Positions 26,349 through 39,955 are shown, numbered from the whole stretch's first letter. The stretch is DNA of 63,248 nucleotides, filler included, from Basidiobolus ranarum (GCA_040143965.1; 32 parts of 32 records of this genome joined end to end with filler, not necessarily neighbours in it), one strand, 5' to 3'. Notes: generated by a model from the sequence alone, not told the origin. Numbers and translations are program-made.

Positions 26349-27060
26349 TGGATATGCTTGTTCTGACTCCTGTTTTTTGGAACAAATTCTTTTGAGGCAA
26401 TCTTTGAATAAATGGCCTACTGTCTTGTTATACTTATAAATGATTGTGTTTTAATCAAGGGCACCAATATTGAAGCCTATTGAATGATTGACAATTCCAA
26501 AAATTTTTAATCTTCATTATTTTATTAGGGATAAGATCTCCTTAATTACTCATGCAAAAGTCTAGAATTGAACTATTTCATTTTTAATGGCTCTGATGTT
26601 AATTGTAAGGCAATTGTGAGGTCCCTGAACTCATTTGGCAGGCCCCCAAGTAGTGTCATGACTGGGTCATTTTCATTTGGAGGTTTGCCAAGGGCTGAGA
26701 GCTGATATGCTATGGCATGGATCTACTTTATATATTAAGATCTAAAATCACAAAAATTTGTCTGAATTGTGAATAATCTTCATCAAACAATTAGCCTGTT
26801 AACTAGAATAGTACTTCAACATAATCATTATTTTCTTCCATCAAGGTTAACTGGAGCTTAGCAGCCTGTGCAGGTATCAGAGATGCAGGAATATCTTTAA
26901 TTAAATGAACTATATGAGTGAGTTCTTGGAATTTTCCAGTAAAGAACTTGATACTCTTCTGGCTTCACTATGAAATACCTCCATTTCCTTCCTTTGGTCT
27001 TATGGGAAGGTGGTGTTGGTGTTCATGGAGATGCAGGGTCAGTTGTTGATGTTGGTGCAG
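26349..27060 (-). pseudogene. Copia gag, decayed
   Basis: QLSALGKPPNENDPVMTLLGGLPNEFRDLTIAL resembles the gag segments at 38919..39311 and 21521..21736. Confidence 0.7.
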
Positions 27061-27068
27061 ATATGTAT

Positions 27069-27570
27069 TTTCATGATTCAGATCTTGCCATACTCATCCA
27101 CTAGAAATGGAATTCTTCTATTATTAGATTATGACATTATATCTGCTATGCTATCCTTTCTTGTCAATCTTGTGCTTGTTCATCCAGGTTACCTTATATG
27201 AAAGTCATGTTCTTTGGAATATTCCATGAAACCTGACCTATCATACCATCCCACATAGAGTATATTTCTGCCAAGACCTTCCATGGAGGGTCACCTGATC
27301 ATCCTCTCATCATCCCCATTGTATTGGTCCTTGCCATCCCCAACACCCCAACACTTGAGCTTGCCACAGAATATTCCCAGTTCAGTAAATTATATTTCAC
27401 CCTGCAATGTATATATAAGCTCCCTGTTTTCCTTGCTCACACCTTAGTCTGATCAATACCAGTTATCTATACAGATTCTTGCAAAGTATCTTCCCTGTCC
27501 AGTCTTGCCTTATGTTCTACACCCATGTACCCTCCTCCTTTCTAGCCTCTTGTCTCTGTTCCAGTCCTTC
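27069..27570 (+). repeat. Gypsy-type LTR family E, degenerate
   Basis: Colinear with 51551..52075. Confidence 0.85.
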
Positions 27571-27782
27571 TGGTATTTAGATGGCTTGACCCAAAGGGAT
27601 TAAATTTATGATGGTCTTCTTACATAATAAATTCTGAAATTTCTGTTTGAGGCTAAAATCTGATTTCATTCTTAGGAAAGATNNNNNNNNNNNNNNNNNN
27701 NNNNNNNNNNNNNNNNNNNNNNNNNNTTAATTAATTAANNNNNNNNNNNNNNNNNNNNNNNNNNNNNNNNNNNNNNNNNNNN

Positions 27783-28462
27783 ACTTCTTGGTGAGATAGA
27801 TGGAGATATGCAGTATTATTGTTTTAGCCATGGGGTAATCTATTCAAGCAATGACACATCCACTTGTGGCAGGACATTTGTTGACTGCAAGTTGGGGATA
27901 TATTGGCTGAATTCTTTATGGAAATTTGCCAAAATCCATGAGCTTATTCTCGTTGTGAACAGTAACAAGAGTCAGCTATTTCCCAAGTGTAAGTGCTATT
28001 CAAAATCTCAGATGTTTAGCAATTTTTCATCTATTAGTTTGCTGGGAAAACAAATTGATGTTGTTGAGTTATGTCAGATGAGTCAAGTATGTGTATATGT
28101 AGAGACTAAACACAATGAGATTGTTATATTTTTTGATCCTCATTATGGCTGGAACACAAAGCCTAAAATATCTAAATAAAGGCATGCATATTAATTCAAA
28201 TTTCTACAGCAGTAAACCCAGTAATTTGCCATTTGAAAATTATATTTGTGCAAAAATTGCCAGAAATTAGTAACACATGCCAAACAGGAGGATCAATATT
28301 TAACATGTATGAATACCATCAAAATACCATCACAAAACTACTGTCACACCATCAAAATCTCTGGCAGAACACAAGACACCAGTATTGTTATGGTTCTCTG
28401 ATGGTTTGCAATATAGAATGGTGGATCCAATCTGGATCAAGTCAATTTTATTTTTGTTAGGG
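27783..28462 (+). mobile_element. CMC transposon right end including open last transposase exon (to 28179)
   Basis: ORF 27808..28179 matches the post-intron frame in other copies; ends ATTTTTGTTAGGG. Confidence 0.85.
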
Positions 28463-29126
28463 TAAGGTGTCTAACGCTTGGTAATATAATTCCATCTTGA
28501 TTATTTCTTTAATCCTTTGACAAAGTTTGTGCTTGGTCTGGCTGATGCCTACTGTTGATCTGGCCTATTAGGCTTATGAAGTGGTACATACACTCTGGCA
28601 TAGTTTTTACTTGCCTCAATTGCATTGGCTCTCTCTAAGTAGTTGCTACTAATGCAGTGGTTCAAAGGTATCCTGTATCTCTTAGATAAACTTCTCTCAA
28701 GTAGTCATTGGTGATAGATCCCTTGTAGCTGCTGCTCTGGCTCTGCTTCAAAAGTTGCAGAAGTTGGGTCTTACTGATTACTGATCTGTCCTACAGCCAT
28801 TCTCCCCAGAGGTGTCTCAGACATGGCTAACGTTCTTATAGGTTGTTTCTGCTACAAATGTTGTAATTCTCAAAAAGCTTAGAATTCCAGAAGGGTTCAG
28901 TAAGCATTTATTGTATTAACTACAGCCAGACCTAAGTTTATGGAGAGAGATACTCATATAGTTATACTTGGGCAGATTTATAGATCAGTAATAAGTAATA
29001 TACTGACTACTAAACTAATTGAGATACAAAAATTGAGCTACTTTTACTAGGGCACCACAATTTTGGACTAAGACATCCCAAGGTAGCATATCAATCAGCT
29101 CATACACATTAGTATAGCAAAGGAAA

Positions 29127-29662
29127 CTGTAACAGAAATTTGAGGATTGTTTTAGTTGGAAAACCGTCACAATCTCAATTAATTATGGATTAATTGTTTA
29201 CTACCACTGTAAAATCTTTGAGTTAGATTTGATTTTAATCAATTTTTTCAGTTTCAGGAGTGGAATTTCAAGATCTTGAAATATGTTTAAACATTATTGG
29301 TTACAATCTTAGAGGACTATGGATCAGCACATGTGCACAAAACATAATTCAAACTTTACACTTTTACCACTGGAATGCCTATTTGTTACCTTAAAAACTT
29401 TGACCAGTTGTATGCTTATTTGTCATTACCAAATTCCCAGTTTCTTTGATATAATCTCCTAAATATTTTTATAGAGTTCTTCATACCCAAGGTTTGGCTC
29501 ATACCCAGCACAAGTTTGTAGCAGTATCTCCATCAAAGCCTACTGTTGTATTAATGTTGCTGAATCAACATTCTTGCAGGTATGTGGCTGATACCCTCAA
29601 TATTTTCCCACTCTGTATTAAGTTCTTGCTAGATATCTGCATGGTCAGCACCATACTGAATG
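29127..29662 (+). mobile_element. CMC transposon left end, degenerate
   Basis: Starts CTGTAACAGAAATTTGAGG; colinear with 12770 onward. Confidence 0.82.
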
Positions 29663-29899
29663 NNNNNNNNNNNNNNNNNNNNNNNNNNNNNNNNNNNNNN
29701 NNNNNNTTAATTAATTAANNNNNNNNNNNNNNNNNNNNNNNNNNNNNNNNNNNNNNNNNNNNGTTATGATCCCATATTTGTTGAGACACACACTAAACCA
29801 AAAGGTTCAGTTAGCTCTATTTATACTTTTTGATAGCAAAGTGAATTAGTTGGTGCCAAGATATTAGATGACTAATTCTGATAAAAGATAATGTGATTG

Positions 29900-29927
29900 G
29901 ATAGATAGATAGATAGATAGATAGATA
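29900..29927 (+). repeat. (GATA)7 microsatellite
   Basis: Direct reading. Confidence 0.95.
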
Positions 29928-30464
29928 GAAAAGTGAGTCATGCATCAGCTGAAGTCGTGGCAGTGAAGAATAATTTGTTATGAATCTTGTAACTCATATT
30001 GACTTGTGTCTAGGCAGATAACTCAGAGGTTAATACTGATTGGATAATGATCATCTAATTGGTCATATGATCTGATATAAGGGATAAGTAAATAGATAGT
30101 TAGTCATGTGATAGGTCATATGATAAAGTTGCTGGATAAGGTCAGGTGACTAGCTAGCAATAATGATTAACTAAACAGATATTCAAGCAAGTTGTATAGA
30201 TATGGAGTAAGTTAAACAACTTTGTATGTTGGTGCACAACACTAAGCAATTTCATAGTACCAAGTTGACCATCCAAAAATGTTAATGCCATTCCAAAAAG
30301 TTGCTATACATGTCATGAAAGGCAATGATGCTGCAATATTGCAATTAATACAGCATTTGGAAGCAACTAGTGCATAGTTAGAGTATCACTCAAGAATGAT
30401 AAAAGACCTTTAGAATACTGTACTTGAGCTATAGCAATGTGCTGCTTCCTCTGTCCATTCTCAT

Positions 30465-31232
30465 ATGGGACTTCAATCAATCCAACATCATATATATGAA
30501 TGTCACCATGTAAATCTAGCAGAGCAGAATATGTGTGGAACCATTAAGACTACAGAACAACCCAAAATTACTTGGGCACATGAAAGTGGATATCTCATAG
30601 GAAAAATGGCAAACCAAAAGACTTTGAATATCCAAGGGGCCATCACTTGCTCTGATGGTGAGTGGTTTAACATTTTGGAAACTGTGCAAAATCTTGCCCA
30701 AAATCACCTGGATTTGGCCAATTGTGGAAAAACTAAAAACCAGGTGTCAGGCTGAAGTTTCTTGACTTATATCATGTGGCTTATCCTGGGTTTTTATAAG
30801 CAAGTGACAATTGGATTAGTATAGGTCTATTTATATAACATTGCAAAAATTTACACAATCATTGACTTGAAAAAGAAAGTAAAGTAGCTAATGGAGTACT
30901 CAAGGAGCAGGAAGCTAGTGCACCCAAGGGAAAAGCAAAGGTGCCAGTGAGCTTAGGCTCTACTGTCCCACCTACCAAATTCTCACACCATTATGAAGAT
31001 CTGTATTTCCAGAGTCAGATACACTGGTAAAAAAGCTTACTTTCACCATGGGACCAGGTACATCATTTGAAGAGTGATAAACTTGGAAATTTATCCAACA
31101 CCTGGCATCTCTCAATAAGCCAAAACACCAGTAAATAAAACTCATGGCTCTCTAACCACAGCTGGTACTTTTCAAAGTGTTGAAATTAGTCCCAAAGTTA
31201 AAGGCCAGCAAGAAACCACATAAACACCACAA
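30465..31232 (-). mobile_element. CMC left-arm interior (ORF2 remnants read on the plus strand)
   Basis: Reverse match to about 8650..9400. Confidence 0.8.
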
Positions 31233-31252
31233 TAAAAAAAAAGGAAACAGCT

Positions 31253-31563
31253 TTGATTATTCAGGAGTGGATAGTTCAATCCAATCTTAGTTACTGGTTG
31301 TCTATTGTTTTTATTACACTTTTACCATGGTTTATTGGTAACCATTGCTTGCCACAGACCTGGCACAAATGGAAAACACTTGTCAACTCTATGACTCATA
31401 CTTGTTCAGTATTTATACTACCTTCATGTTCAAATGGTTGTTTGGCTTTCATCAGTGATCTGAAAAACCTGAAGTCATGTACTGTTCAAATACAATTAGC
31501 AATCACTGAACCAGGTAAATATTGGTCATATTTGGCTTACATACCATTGATTCCCCATCTTAA
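31253..31563 (+). pseudogene. CMC transposase N-terminal Cys-rich region
   Basis: SCSNGCLAF..LKSC..YLAYIPLIPHL; same segment as about 56545..56807 on the minus strand. Confidence 0.75.
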
Positions 31564-31642
31564 CCCTAACAGAAATTTGAGGATTGTTATTGTAGGAAAA
31601 CCATCACAATTTTAATCCATTTGGGATTGACTGTTTACTTAC
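31564..31642 (+). mobile_element. CMC left end nested in a transposase gene
   Basis: Starts CCCTAACAGAAATTTGAGG. Confidence 0.88.
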
Positions 31643-31742
31643 NNNNNNNNNNNNNNNNNNNNNNNNNNNNNNNNNNNNNNNNNNNNTTAATTAATTAANN
31701 NNNNNNNNNNNNNNNNNNNNNNNNNNNNNNNNNNNNNNNNNN

Positions 31743-33621
31743 TTCAATCCTGTCCTGGAAAAAGTATTCCTTTTCCTTTTCTTTATCATCTTCATCTTCA
31801 CTATCATCTTTTGTTGTAGCTTTAGGAACAACAGGAGATTTGACTTTTCCGCTGGTTGAAACAGGGAAAGGATTATTGGATTTAGGAATGAAAGAAGGAG
31901 TGACTGATTTGGAAGGTTGAGATCCACTCTTGGTGGAAGAGGGGTTGTTCAACCAGAGTGTCTTATAGCCTCCAAGAGAAGAGCCACCGGACTTGTTTGC
32001 TGGAGGAGGAGGAGGTGGTGGTGGTGGTACAGCGTCACTGGATGTATGGTTGGTTGATGTTTGAATAGAATCAACTTGACTTCTTTCCTCCTTCGTTTTT
32101 TCAGCAATATCAGAGAACTCTCTTGACCTTTGTAAGAATTTCTTTTCTATCTCCTCCTTCTCGCGTTCGATAGAAGCTAACTTTTTTTGGGCATAGTCAG
32201 AGTCCCCTCCAGATCTAGCATTATTTTCTACTTTCTCTACCTTACTCTCAAGTGAACTTTTTTGTTCTTTGGTACGTTGAAATTGAGTTTGGAAGAACGA
32301 CTGTCTCTCTTTTAATCTACGCTCTGCTTCTTCCTTAATGATACGATCTTTTTCTTCCTTGGATTTGGCCGAAGCAAGTATACTAGGCTTCGAGCTAGTG
32401 GATGAGATTTTGGAAGGAATTCCAGCGACAGAGCGAGTGCCCGAGGATGATAGATAGGAGGGTTTAGAGTATTGAGTGGAGTATGATCCAGTAGAAGTAA
32501 TCGATTTTCTTTCGCACTCTTTTAATTCATCAAGGAATTTTTTAATTTCAGCTTCAAGGCCAAAACGCGAGTCCCATTTTTTCTTTTCTTTTTCGTAATC
32601 ATCTTTGGGTGCCTTATGAGAAGTTTTTTCATTAGATTTACTATCTCTTTGGATGATATCACGAATAGACTCTTGTAGTTGGCGAATAGAGTCTTCAGCT
32701 TCTCTAATATATCTTTCATTCGCTTTTTTCTCTTTGTTGATCTTCTCTGTCTCAGCATCGAGGCGTTTTTTCGCTTCAATAGCGGAGGGATCGTTAGCGG
32801 AAACATCAGCTTTAGTTAAAGCTTGCATTCTCTGGGCTAACATTTCGGCAGCTTTTTGCTTCAACTTGTCAGCTTCGGTAAGATTCTCATTAGAGCCAGA
32901 TGCTTTGAAGGGGAAAAGGTTGGCCAGATTGGTTTTGGGAGCCGCTGTCTTGTGTATTTTTGCATCGGTAACCTTAAATAATTCTAGTCTCGATTCAGCT
33001 AACTTTTCATCTAAAGCATGAACTTTCTTCGTCAAGCTGGGAAGTTCCGATACAATATCAGAGAATTCAGATTCCAATTTTTTACGCTCTTCTTTGATTG
33101 CTTCTGGGTTATGATCAGACTTGTCTTTTGAATGATTCTTTGTAGGTAAAGAAATCTCATTAATAGAATCTTGAAGTTTTTTGATTTTAACTTTTAGTTC
33201 AGTTAAATCAACCTCATTGTTGGAAGAGGAAGTAAATGAAGGTTGACTGATCTTCGCAGAGAGATTTTCAAGTTCAGCTTGCTTTTCTTTGATTTGTTTA
33301 CGAAGAGAATCAAATTTGGCCAGACGTTCACTATAACTCATGTTGGGTGAAGAACTGTTCGGAGATGTACCAATTTTTCTACGATTGCCAGAAACATATC
33401 CAGTATCTTCATCTCTACCGGCAGCCTTCTTCCCTGAGTAGATACTGGAAGAATTCAGATCAAAATCCAACTTTGGAATACCAAGAATGGGACTTGAGAG
33501 TGTCGCGCTTTTCTTAAGTGAAGTATTAGTTTTGAGCATATTCTTGAGACTTGACACACTATCAGATAGGTCTTTAGTGGAAGGAGGTATAAGATTAACT
33601 GGAAGTGTTTTAGGTATTTCT
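31743..33621 (-). CDS. PAN1: Pan1-like endocytic/actin scaffold protein, internal part
   Basis: Frame open across the whole contig; IPKTLPVNLIPPST, DEKLAESRLELFKVTDAKIH, TEADKLKQKAAEMLAQRMQALT, coiled coils, polyproline, NPF. Confidence 0.8.
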
Positions 33622-33721
33622 NNNNNNNNNNNNNNNNNNNNNNNNNNNNNNNNNNNNNNNNNNNNTTAATTAATTAANNNNNNNNNNNNNNNNNNNNNNN
33701 NNNNNNNNNNNNNNNNNNNNN

Positions 33722-33843
33722 TTTGTTTACATCTTGACAAAACTATAAATGTCAACTGAATACTCAATAAATCGATAAGTGAAAACCTCCAATTTCTCTA
33801 ATTCTCCAAACCACTTCCAACAGGCTCCCAAAATACTTCAACA
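33722..33843 (+). repeat. Copia LTR family A, 3' part
   Basis: Ends CAGGCTCCCAAAATACTTCAACA. Confidence 0.88.
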
Positions 33844-35077
33844 TTTGTATCATCAACTTAATTGCTATGGCTGTATCCAGAGAAATCAGGATATGATTGT
33901 GATAAAACCGATCCTTGGTTGCTGCAATGTAACAAGGAGAAATCACACAGGATACATATGAAGACTCGATCTTCGATGGCATCCAGCAGGTAGTCTCCGG
34001 ATATAAAAGTATTCTTGTGTAGTTACCGACGTAGCCTCAGATGAACTTATTTTAATTAATGCATTACGTAATATCAATGCCACGTTAAGAATACCGAGTA
34101 TGACAGCAAACATTAGATGCACAATTAGTTCCCACACATAGCTGCAAGTTCCAGTGGCCGATGTTACCAAGGGATGAATACATGGACATGATTGACATAT
34201 TTGATTTCCCAGCAGCCTGCTCTGGGATTCCTTGTTAGCGTGATGGTTCCAAAGCAGGATTTACCAAGATCAACAGCCTAAGTTACTATCTATTGTAGTA
34301 GCACAATTAGGCAAACCATAGTAGTGTTAACGATTGCTCAATCACAATAGCTTATTTCCTGTATTACAAGTATCTTTGGGGCTGATGTCATAACTTGCTG
34401 ATAGTCGCTTTTCAATACCAGTTCGCGTCACTAGTACAATGCAACCGTAACAAAGAACATGGAAGCCTATTAAGCTGATCAATTCCTAGGTAAGCGAAGG
34501 AGACCTCTTACATTGGCTCGGTTCAGTGGCAGGACTGGTAGAGCAAACAATTCAGTTCCGATCCATCCTTGGCAATATATATATATCAGCAGTGAATATG
34601 CATTTTGGTTATATACATCTCGGTTCAAACCAGTTCTAAGTGGATTTTATAACAATAAATCCAATGTGTGGGAATAGAATCCAAAGGTTTGAGTCGATCA
34701 TACTGCATATGTATTGAATGCCACTGCATATCAACTTGCTAACTGATGACTGAAAGAGTACTCGTATACATGAGTTATGATAGGTGTAATGATATGCTTT
34801 TATGACTGTAAGTTTAGGCGTTATAATACAGTACGTATATATACACACACATATTTGACGATGGACTTGTCCATATCGAGAAAAGAGAAAGAAACGGATT
34901 CATAGCATGTGCGATCATACTTGATTCATATGAAACAGATCAACAAAGAGGGGATGTTGAGGAGTATAAAATACCCAATGTATCCCTGACCAACCCTACA
35001 AACCATATTTAATATACATCCCTATTTCTCTCTTCACCGTGTATTTTCATAGCACTTATTCGTCTTTAATTTCCTCT

Positions 35078-35599
35078 ATGATGACTATAACAGTTGAATC
35101 TTTTGCTGCATATGATGCGATTGCATGCGAATATACAAAGTCGAAGGAACTTCCGTTTAGACACTTGGTGGAGAAGGCAACCCTACTGAAGTTAATTGGA
35201 AATTCGATGACCAGCGGTTGGGTGTTAGACCTGGCTTGCGGAGATGGCTACTATAGCCGCGTATTTAGAGATGAAATGAAAGCATCCTTTGTTTATGGTG
35301 TAGATATCTCCAAATCCATGTTAGATATGGCTAGAAGTAAAGAAGCCCAAGATTCTCTGCACAAAGGACTCATACAATACAAAATCTCCGACGTGGCTAA
35401 TATGTCGACAACTGAGCCAGTTGATCAACTGCCGAAGTTTGATGTTGTTGCTGCCACATACCTTTTATGCTATGCGCATACCCGGGACGAATTGTTGAAA
35501 TTTTGTCAAGTAATTGCTGCCAACCTTAAAGAGGGTGGTAAACTGGTTGCTCTCAACGATAACCCGGGTGATGATCCAAGCAAATACACCACAGATATG
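35078..35599 (+). CDS. Class I SAM-dependent methyltransferase (ToxA-like), 3' truncated
   Basis: VLDLACGDG, YGVDISKSMLDMAR, FDVVAATYLLCYA, NLKEGGKLV; first ATG at 35078; TATAAAA near 34965. Confidence 0.9.
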
Positions 35600-35699
35600 N
35601 NNNNNNNNNNNNNNNNNNNNNNNNNNNNNNNNNNNNNNNNNNNTTAATTAATTAANNNNNNNNNNNNNNNNNNNNNNNNNNNNNNNNNNNNNNNNNNNN

Positions 35700-35914
35700 A
35701 AGAATCTGAGTCATAAAAGCTGGTGCAAGAAGCTTTGGAACAGGCTCGATCAGGAAGAACAACGATTGTCATTGCCCATCGTCTGAGCACTATTCAGGAT
35801 GCCGACCTTATTCTAGTAGTCAAGGGTGGCAACATTGTCGAGTCAGGAAAACATTACGAGTTAGTCGCCTTGGGTGGTGTCTACGCCGAATTATGCCAGA
35901 AACAGAACTTATGA
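35700..35914 (+). CDS. ABCB/MDR transporter NBD2 C-terminus
   Basis: [44 protein letters not shown]; in-frame TAA near the contig edge. Confidence 0.85.
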
Positions 35915-36321
35915 TGAATACATATTTCTCATTATTAAAAATAATACATTTCAACTACAATCTCGATATCAATAACAATACTGATTTGAAAGTATAATTC
36001 AATATAAATTGTAAAATCTGATTACTATTTTTTAGTGGAACTTATTTGGTTTTAAGTTTATTAGTTTTGTCATATTTGTTCTCCCTATCATTATTCAATT
36101 TTAAACCAACATATATCTCAATTGGCTCCAAAACGCACTTTGGTTATCCTCCCCTTCAATCTTTGCCAGAGGCAATTCATTCTGTACAAACCTCAGGTTT
36201 ATATAGTGACATTTATATATCTCAATTATTTGATATATAATACTATGGTGCCTAGTATTGTTCAATTACTATATTCTACTATGTTCAGCTCATACGCTGG
36301 AATTATTATTCAAGTATGAAC

Positions 36322-36653
36322 TGTTGAAATTAGCATAGTCTAAACACCTATATAGTCATATATAACTTAGTATTTAGTTACTCTATGTTTCAATAAGATA
36401 TCACCTGAAGTGGAATTTACTTAGAATATTGACACCAACTTAGAAGTGTGAAGATATATAGATATTTCAAACTTATGTTAGAAGCTCCAAACTTTGTATA
36501 TATGTTTTTGGGACCTTTATTGGCACATTTTATACGTTTGTTTGCTTACATCTCTACAAAACTATAAATGTCAACTTTTTACTCAATAAGTCAGTATGTC
36601 AATTTTTCGAGTTCTCCAAATCTCTTCCAACAAACTCCCAAAATCCTTCAACA
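36322..36653 (+). repeat. Copia LTR family A, apparently solo
   Basis: TGTTGAAATTAGC...CTTCAACA with no PBS or PPT adjacent; no clear TSD. Confidence 0.85.
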
Positions 36654-37799
36654 GCTATTAGGCCTCAAAGAAGTGGGGCAATTAACTAGGAAGTTAGGAA
36701 ATGGATTTGAAAGTGATATCTTTTTCTAATCTTTAGGGTAAGGGATGGGAAGTGATAAATCTCAAATTTTTGTTATGATTTTAGCCTGATCAATATTCAA
36801 TAAGTATTAGATATCAAAAACACAATACAGGGTTGTGTAGATGCTTAACTATAATTTTCAACAATACTCCCGAAGTTTATGATAAGTATTTAGGATAGAT
36901 TGGCTGTATTTCAAATAACAAGAAGCAATCGGTCATTAGTGTTTTATTAGAATTAAAAATAAAAGCACATACCTATATTGAAGATGGTGCTTGTAGAGCT
37001 TGAGAGCAGTTCGAGAGTTTTTTGAAATATATATTATGACTTTAACTTTTAAAACCTTCTAAACATCAGCATCAAATGTGGAATATGAGTGGTTTATTTT
37101 GATATCCCAATACCAGTCTATATTCGGCATATCTACTGAAATACGTATCGCAATTGGTGCAAGAATTTACTACTGAAGGCCTCGAACACCCTATATGTAT
37201 TATCAATTAGAATAGTTCAACTCCACCCAGATGCACTAATAATTCATTATTGAGATAAATACCACTGCCAATTCGGCCTGCTTATCGTAACATTAAGGAC
37301 GATGCAGTTGGATGACTTTGACCTCAGTAATCTCGACAGCTGACTTTGTCATCCTTACAGTGCATAAATCTCATTTGAGCTAGAATCAGTGATACTTATA
37401 GTTGGCATGGAATTGAGTAAAGTTCATTCTTGTAAGATAGCCGAGATTTGTATGTTATCATAGGCTGCTTCTCTTGCAAACTTGATTAGGTGTGGTTCTT
37501 GCGGCTTCGTAATCTACTTTCTATCCTCATTCCGATTTAGTAACTTCTCTTTTAAGTTCCACTTTGAGATCAATTTGNNNNNNNNNNNNNNNNNNNNNNN
37601 NNNNNNNNNNNNNNNNNNNNNTTAATTAATTAANNNNNNNNNNNNNNNNNNNNNNNNNNNNNNNNNNNNNNNNNNNNCCATATTACAGTACATTCCAGAA
37701 TTATTCAACCATGGTTCTTGCCCCCTTTGGACACCTCACAAATCCCTGAAGATATTGCAGTTATAGTTGCTGTGTACACCCTTAAACAGCTACAATGTC

Positions 37800-38187
37800 A
37801 AAGTAGTCAAGTATGTGCTTATGTAGGCACCAAACACAACAAGATTCTTGTTTTTTTTTATTCTCAATAGGGCTGGAATACAAAGCCTAAAATATCTAAA
37901 TAAAAGCATACATATTGATTTAAATTCCTACAGCAGTCAACCCAGTAATTTGCCATTGAAATATTATATTTTTGCAAAATTGCCAGATATTGAATAATGC
38001 ATACCAAATTTGAGGATCAATATTTTAACATGTTTGAATACCATCAAAAACCATCAAGAAACTGCCATCACACCATCAAAATCCCTGGCAGAATGCAAGC
38101 CACCAATATTGTGATGGATGTCTGATGGTTTTGCTATTTTGGAGGGTGGATCCAATCCAGATCAAATCAATTTTTGCTATGTTAGAG
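37800..38187 (+). mobile_element. CMC transposon right end inserted in LTR-B
   Basis: Ends TGTTAGAG; matches about 25965..26348. Confidence 0.82.
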
Positions 38188-39480
38188 TGTTATTTCTATC
38201 TTTATATATCTAACTATTTCATAAATGACATATAAGTAAGTTAACATTACTTAGTCAAATATCACTTAACTGCAGATGTGAACATATATAATATATTTGA
38301 GAATAATGTAAGAATTAGCAATCTCACATAAAAAATTTCAAACTTGTCCAAACTTCCCCAAAAATAGCTGATCTTTCTCCCACAGATGTTTTGAACACAA
38401 CCTAGTTTTAGTTTTCTGCATTTCCACCAAAATGTATAATTACTTCATTTCTGGACAATAAATTAGAGTCTCCTAAGAGCTATTCACAACTCCACTTTCC
38501 TCAAGTTCCTCCAAACAGCATATATTTTCCCAATAGGTTATGAGCCCCATGTTCTAGTCTTTATAGCATGACAGAAACCTCCACTACCACTTTTATTAAC
38601 TCAAGTATTGAAATGCTTGATGGAGAAGATTATAATTTCTGGAAGTTCAAGATGCAAATCATGCTGGAAGACAGGGAGCTTTGGGATGTAGTCTCTGGAT
38701 ATGAAAAGCAACCTTCTGACCCATCTCTATCGGAAGGTTATAAGAGAAGAGACAAGAAGGCCTTTAACATCATTTGTAAAAGTTTGCATGATTCACTACT
38801 TGTCAATATTCAATATGCAAAGACTTCCCATCAAGCTTGTACTATACTGAAAGAGTGTTATAAAGCAAAGAGTCTGGCCAATAGACTCTTTCACAGACTA
38901 TAATTCCCCAATGTAAAGATGGAAATGTCTGAAAGCATGGTTACATATGTTACAAATGTGGGATCTTCGGCAAAACAACTGGAAAATATTGGTGCAACTT
39001 TACAGGAACAAGATTTAATTATGACCCTTCAAAGTAGTCTACCAGATCAGTATACAAACTTGGTCACAGCTTTGGATGTAGGATCTGACAAGTTGTCTTT
39101 GGAGTTTGTGGTGGCAAGGCTAATAGATCAACACCTCAGAAATAAGAAATTGGAAAAAAAATCTGAAGAAGTAGATCTTTTTGGAGCTGGAAAATGTAAC
39201 TTTGGCAAATACAAAGGGTATGGAAGAAGGAAACCAGGTTTATGCTATGGTTGTGATAGACCAGGACACCAGTTAAAAGATTGCAAATCAAGAAATAATA
39301 ACAAAATGTGAAGTCACAACAAGCAAATCAAGTTTCCATCAAGGAAGAAGTTTTATTTATTTCTGCCCTATCAGTGACCCTTGAAAAAAACTTAAGTACA
39401 AGGTATATTCATTCTGGAGCCTCTTGACATTTCTCTGATCAAAAAAACTGGTTTAAGATACTCAATACTGATGCAAACAT
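38188..39480 (+). mobile_element. Copia family B 5' end: LTR to 38535, PBS 38536..38547, gag from 38568, protease
   Basis: GGTTATGAGCCC; LDGEDYNFWKFKMQIMLEDRELWDVV; zinc knuckle CYGCDRPGHQLKDC; YIHSGAS; frameshift and stops. Confidence 0.93.
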
Positions 39481-39655
39481 AAAATTGTTTCAACAAGAAG
39501 GTGTATGGGAAATGGCTGGCCACTAGAAGCTCTAGGACTGGACAAAAATGCAGTGNNNNNNNNNNNNNNNNNNNNNNNNNNNNNNNNNNNNNNNNNNNNT
39601 TAATTAATTAANNNNNNNNNNNNNNNNNNNNNNNNNNNNNNNNNNNNNNNNNNNN

Positions 39656-39955
39656 CTTTCTACGGGTTTCAACCTCAGCGGAGGTTAATCCAAGTCTTGG
39701 ATCAGTTTGTAATAATTCTTCAGGAACAGCCACATTGCTCAAGCCACCTTCTTCGTCACCTTCTTCTTCCGCTGGTCCACCATCATCACTCCAGCCGTAG
39801 TCACTCATGATAGAGATAGCAGCTGTAGATTGCTGAGTAACCTTTTTGGACAATTGTGCGGTAGCATTCAGATTTCTTTGCTCATTATCAGGAACGGACT
39901 GTTCCCCGTCAAACTGTACTGTAGCGTTGTTGATATTTTCTGATTCTCCAGACAT
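39656..39955 (-). CDS. PMA1: Plasma-membrane H+-ATPase N-terminus, truncated
   Basis: Acidic N-terminus then VPEELLQTDPRLGLTSAEVETRRK, typical of fungal P3A ATPases. Confidence 0.85.

Noticed and set aside
32522..33021. ORFs 32522..32806 and 32653..33021
   Set aside because: Alternate-frame and antisense shadows of the Pan1-like gene.
35039..35914. Methyltransferase next to ABC transporter as a toxin biosynthesis and export cluster
   Set aside because: They lie on different contigs separated by a spacer.
36317..36658. Target-site duplication around the solo LTR-A
   Set aside because: The flanks TGAAC and GCTAT do not match.
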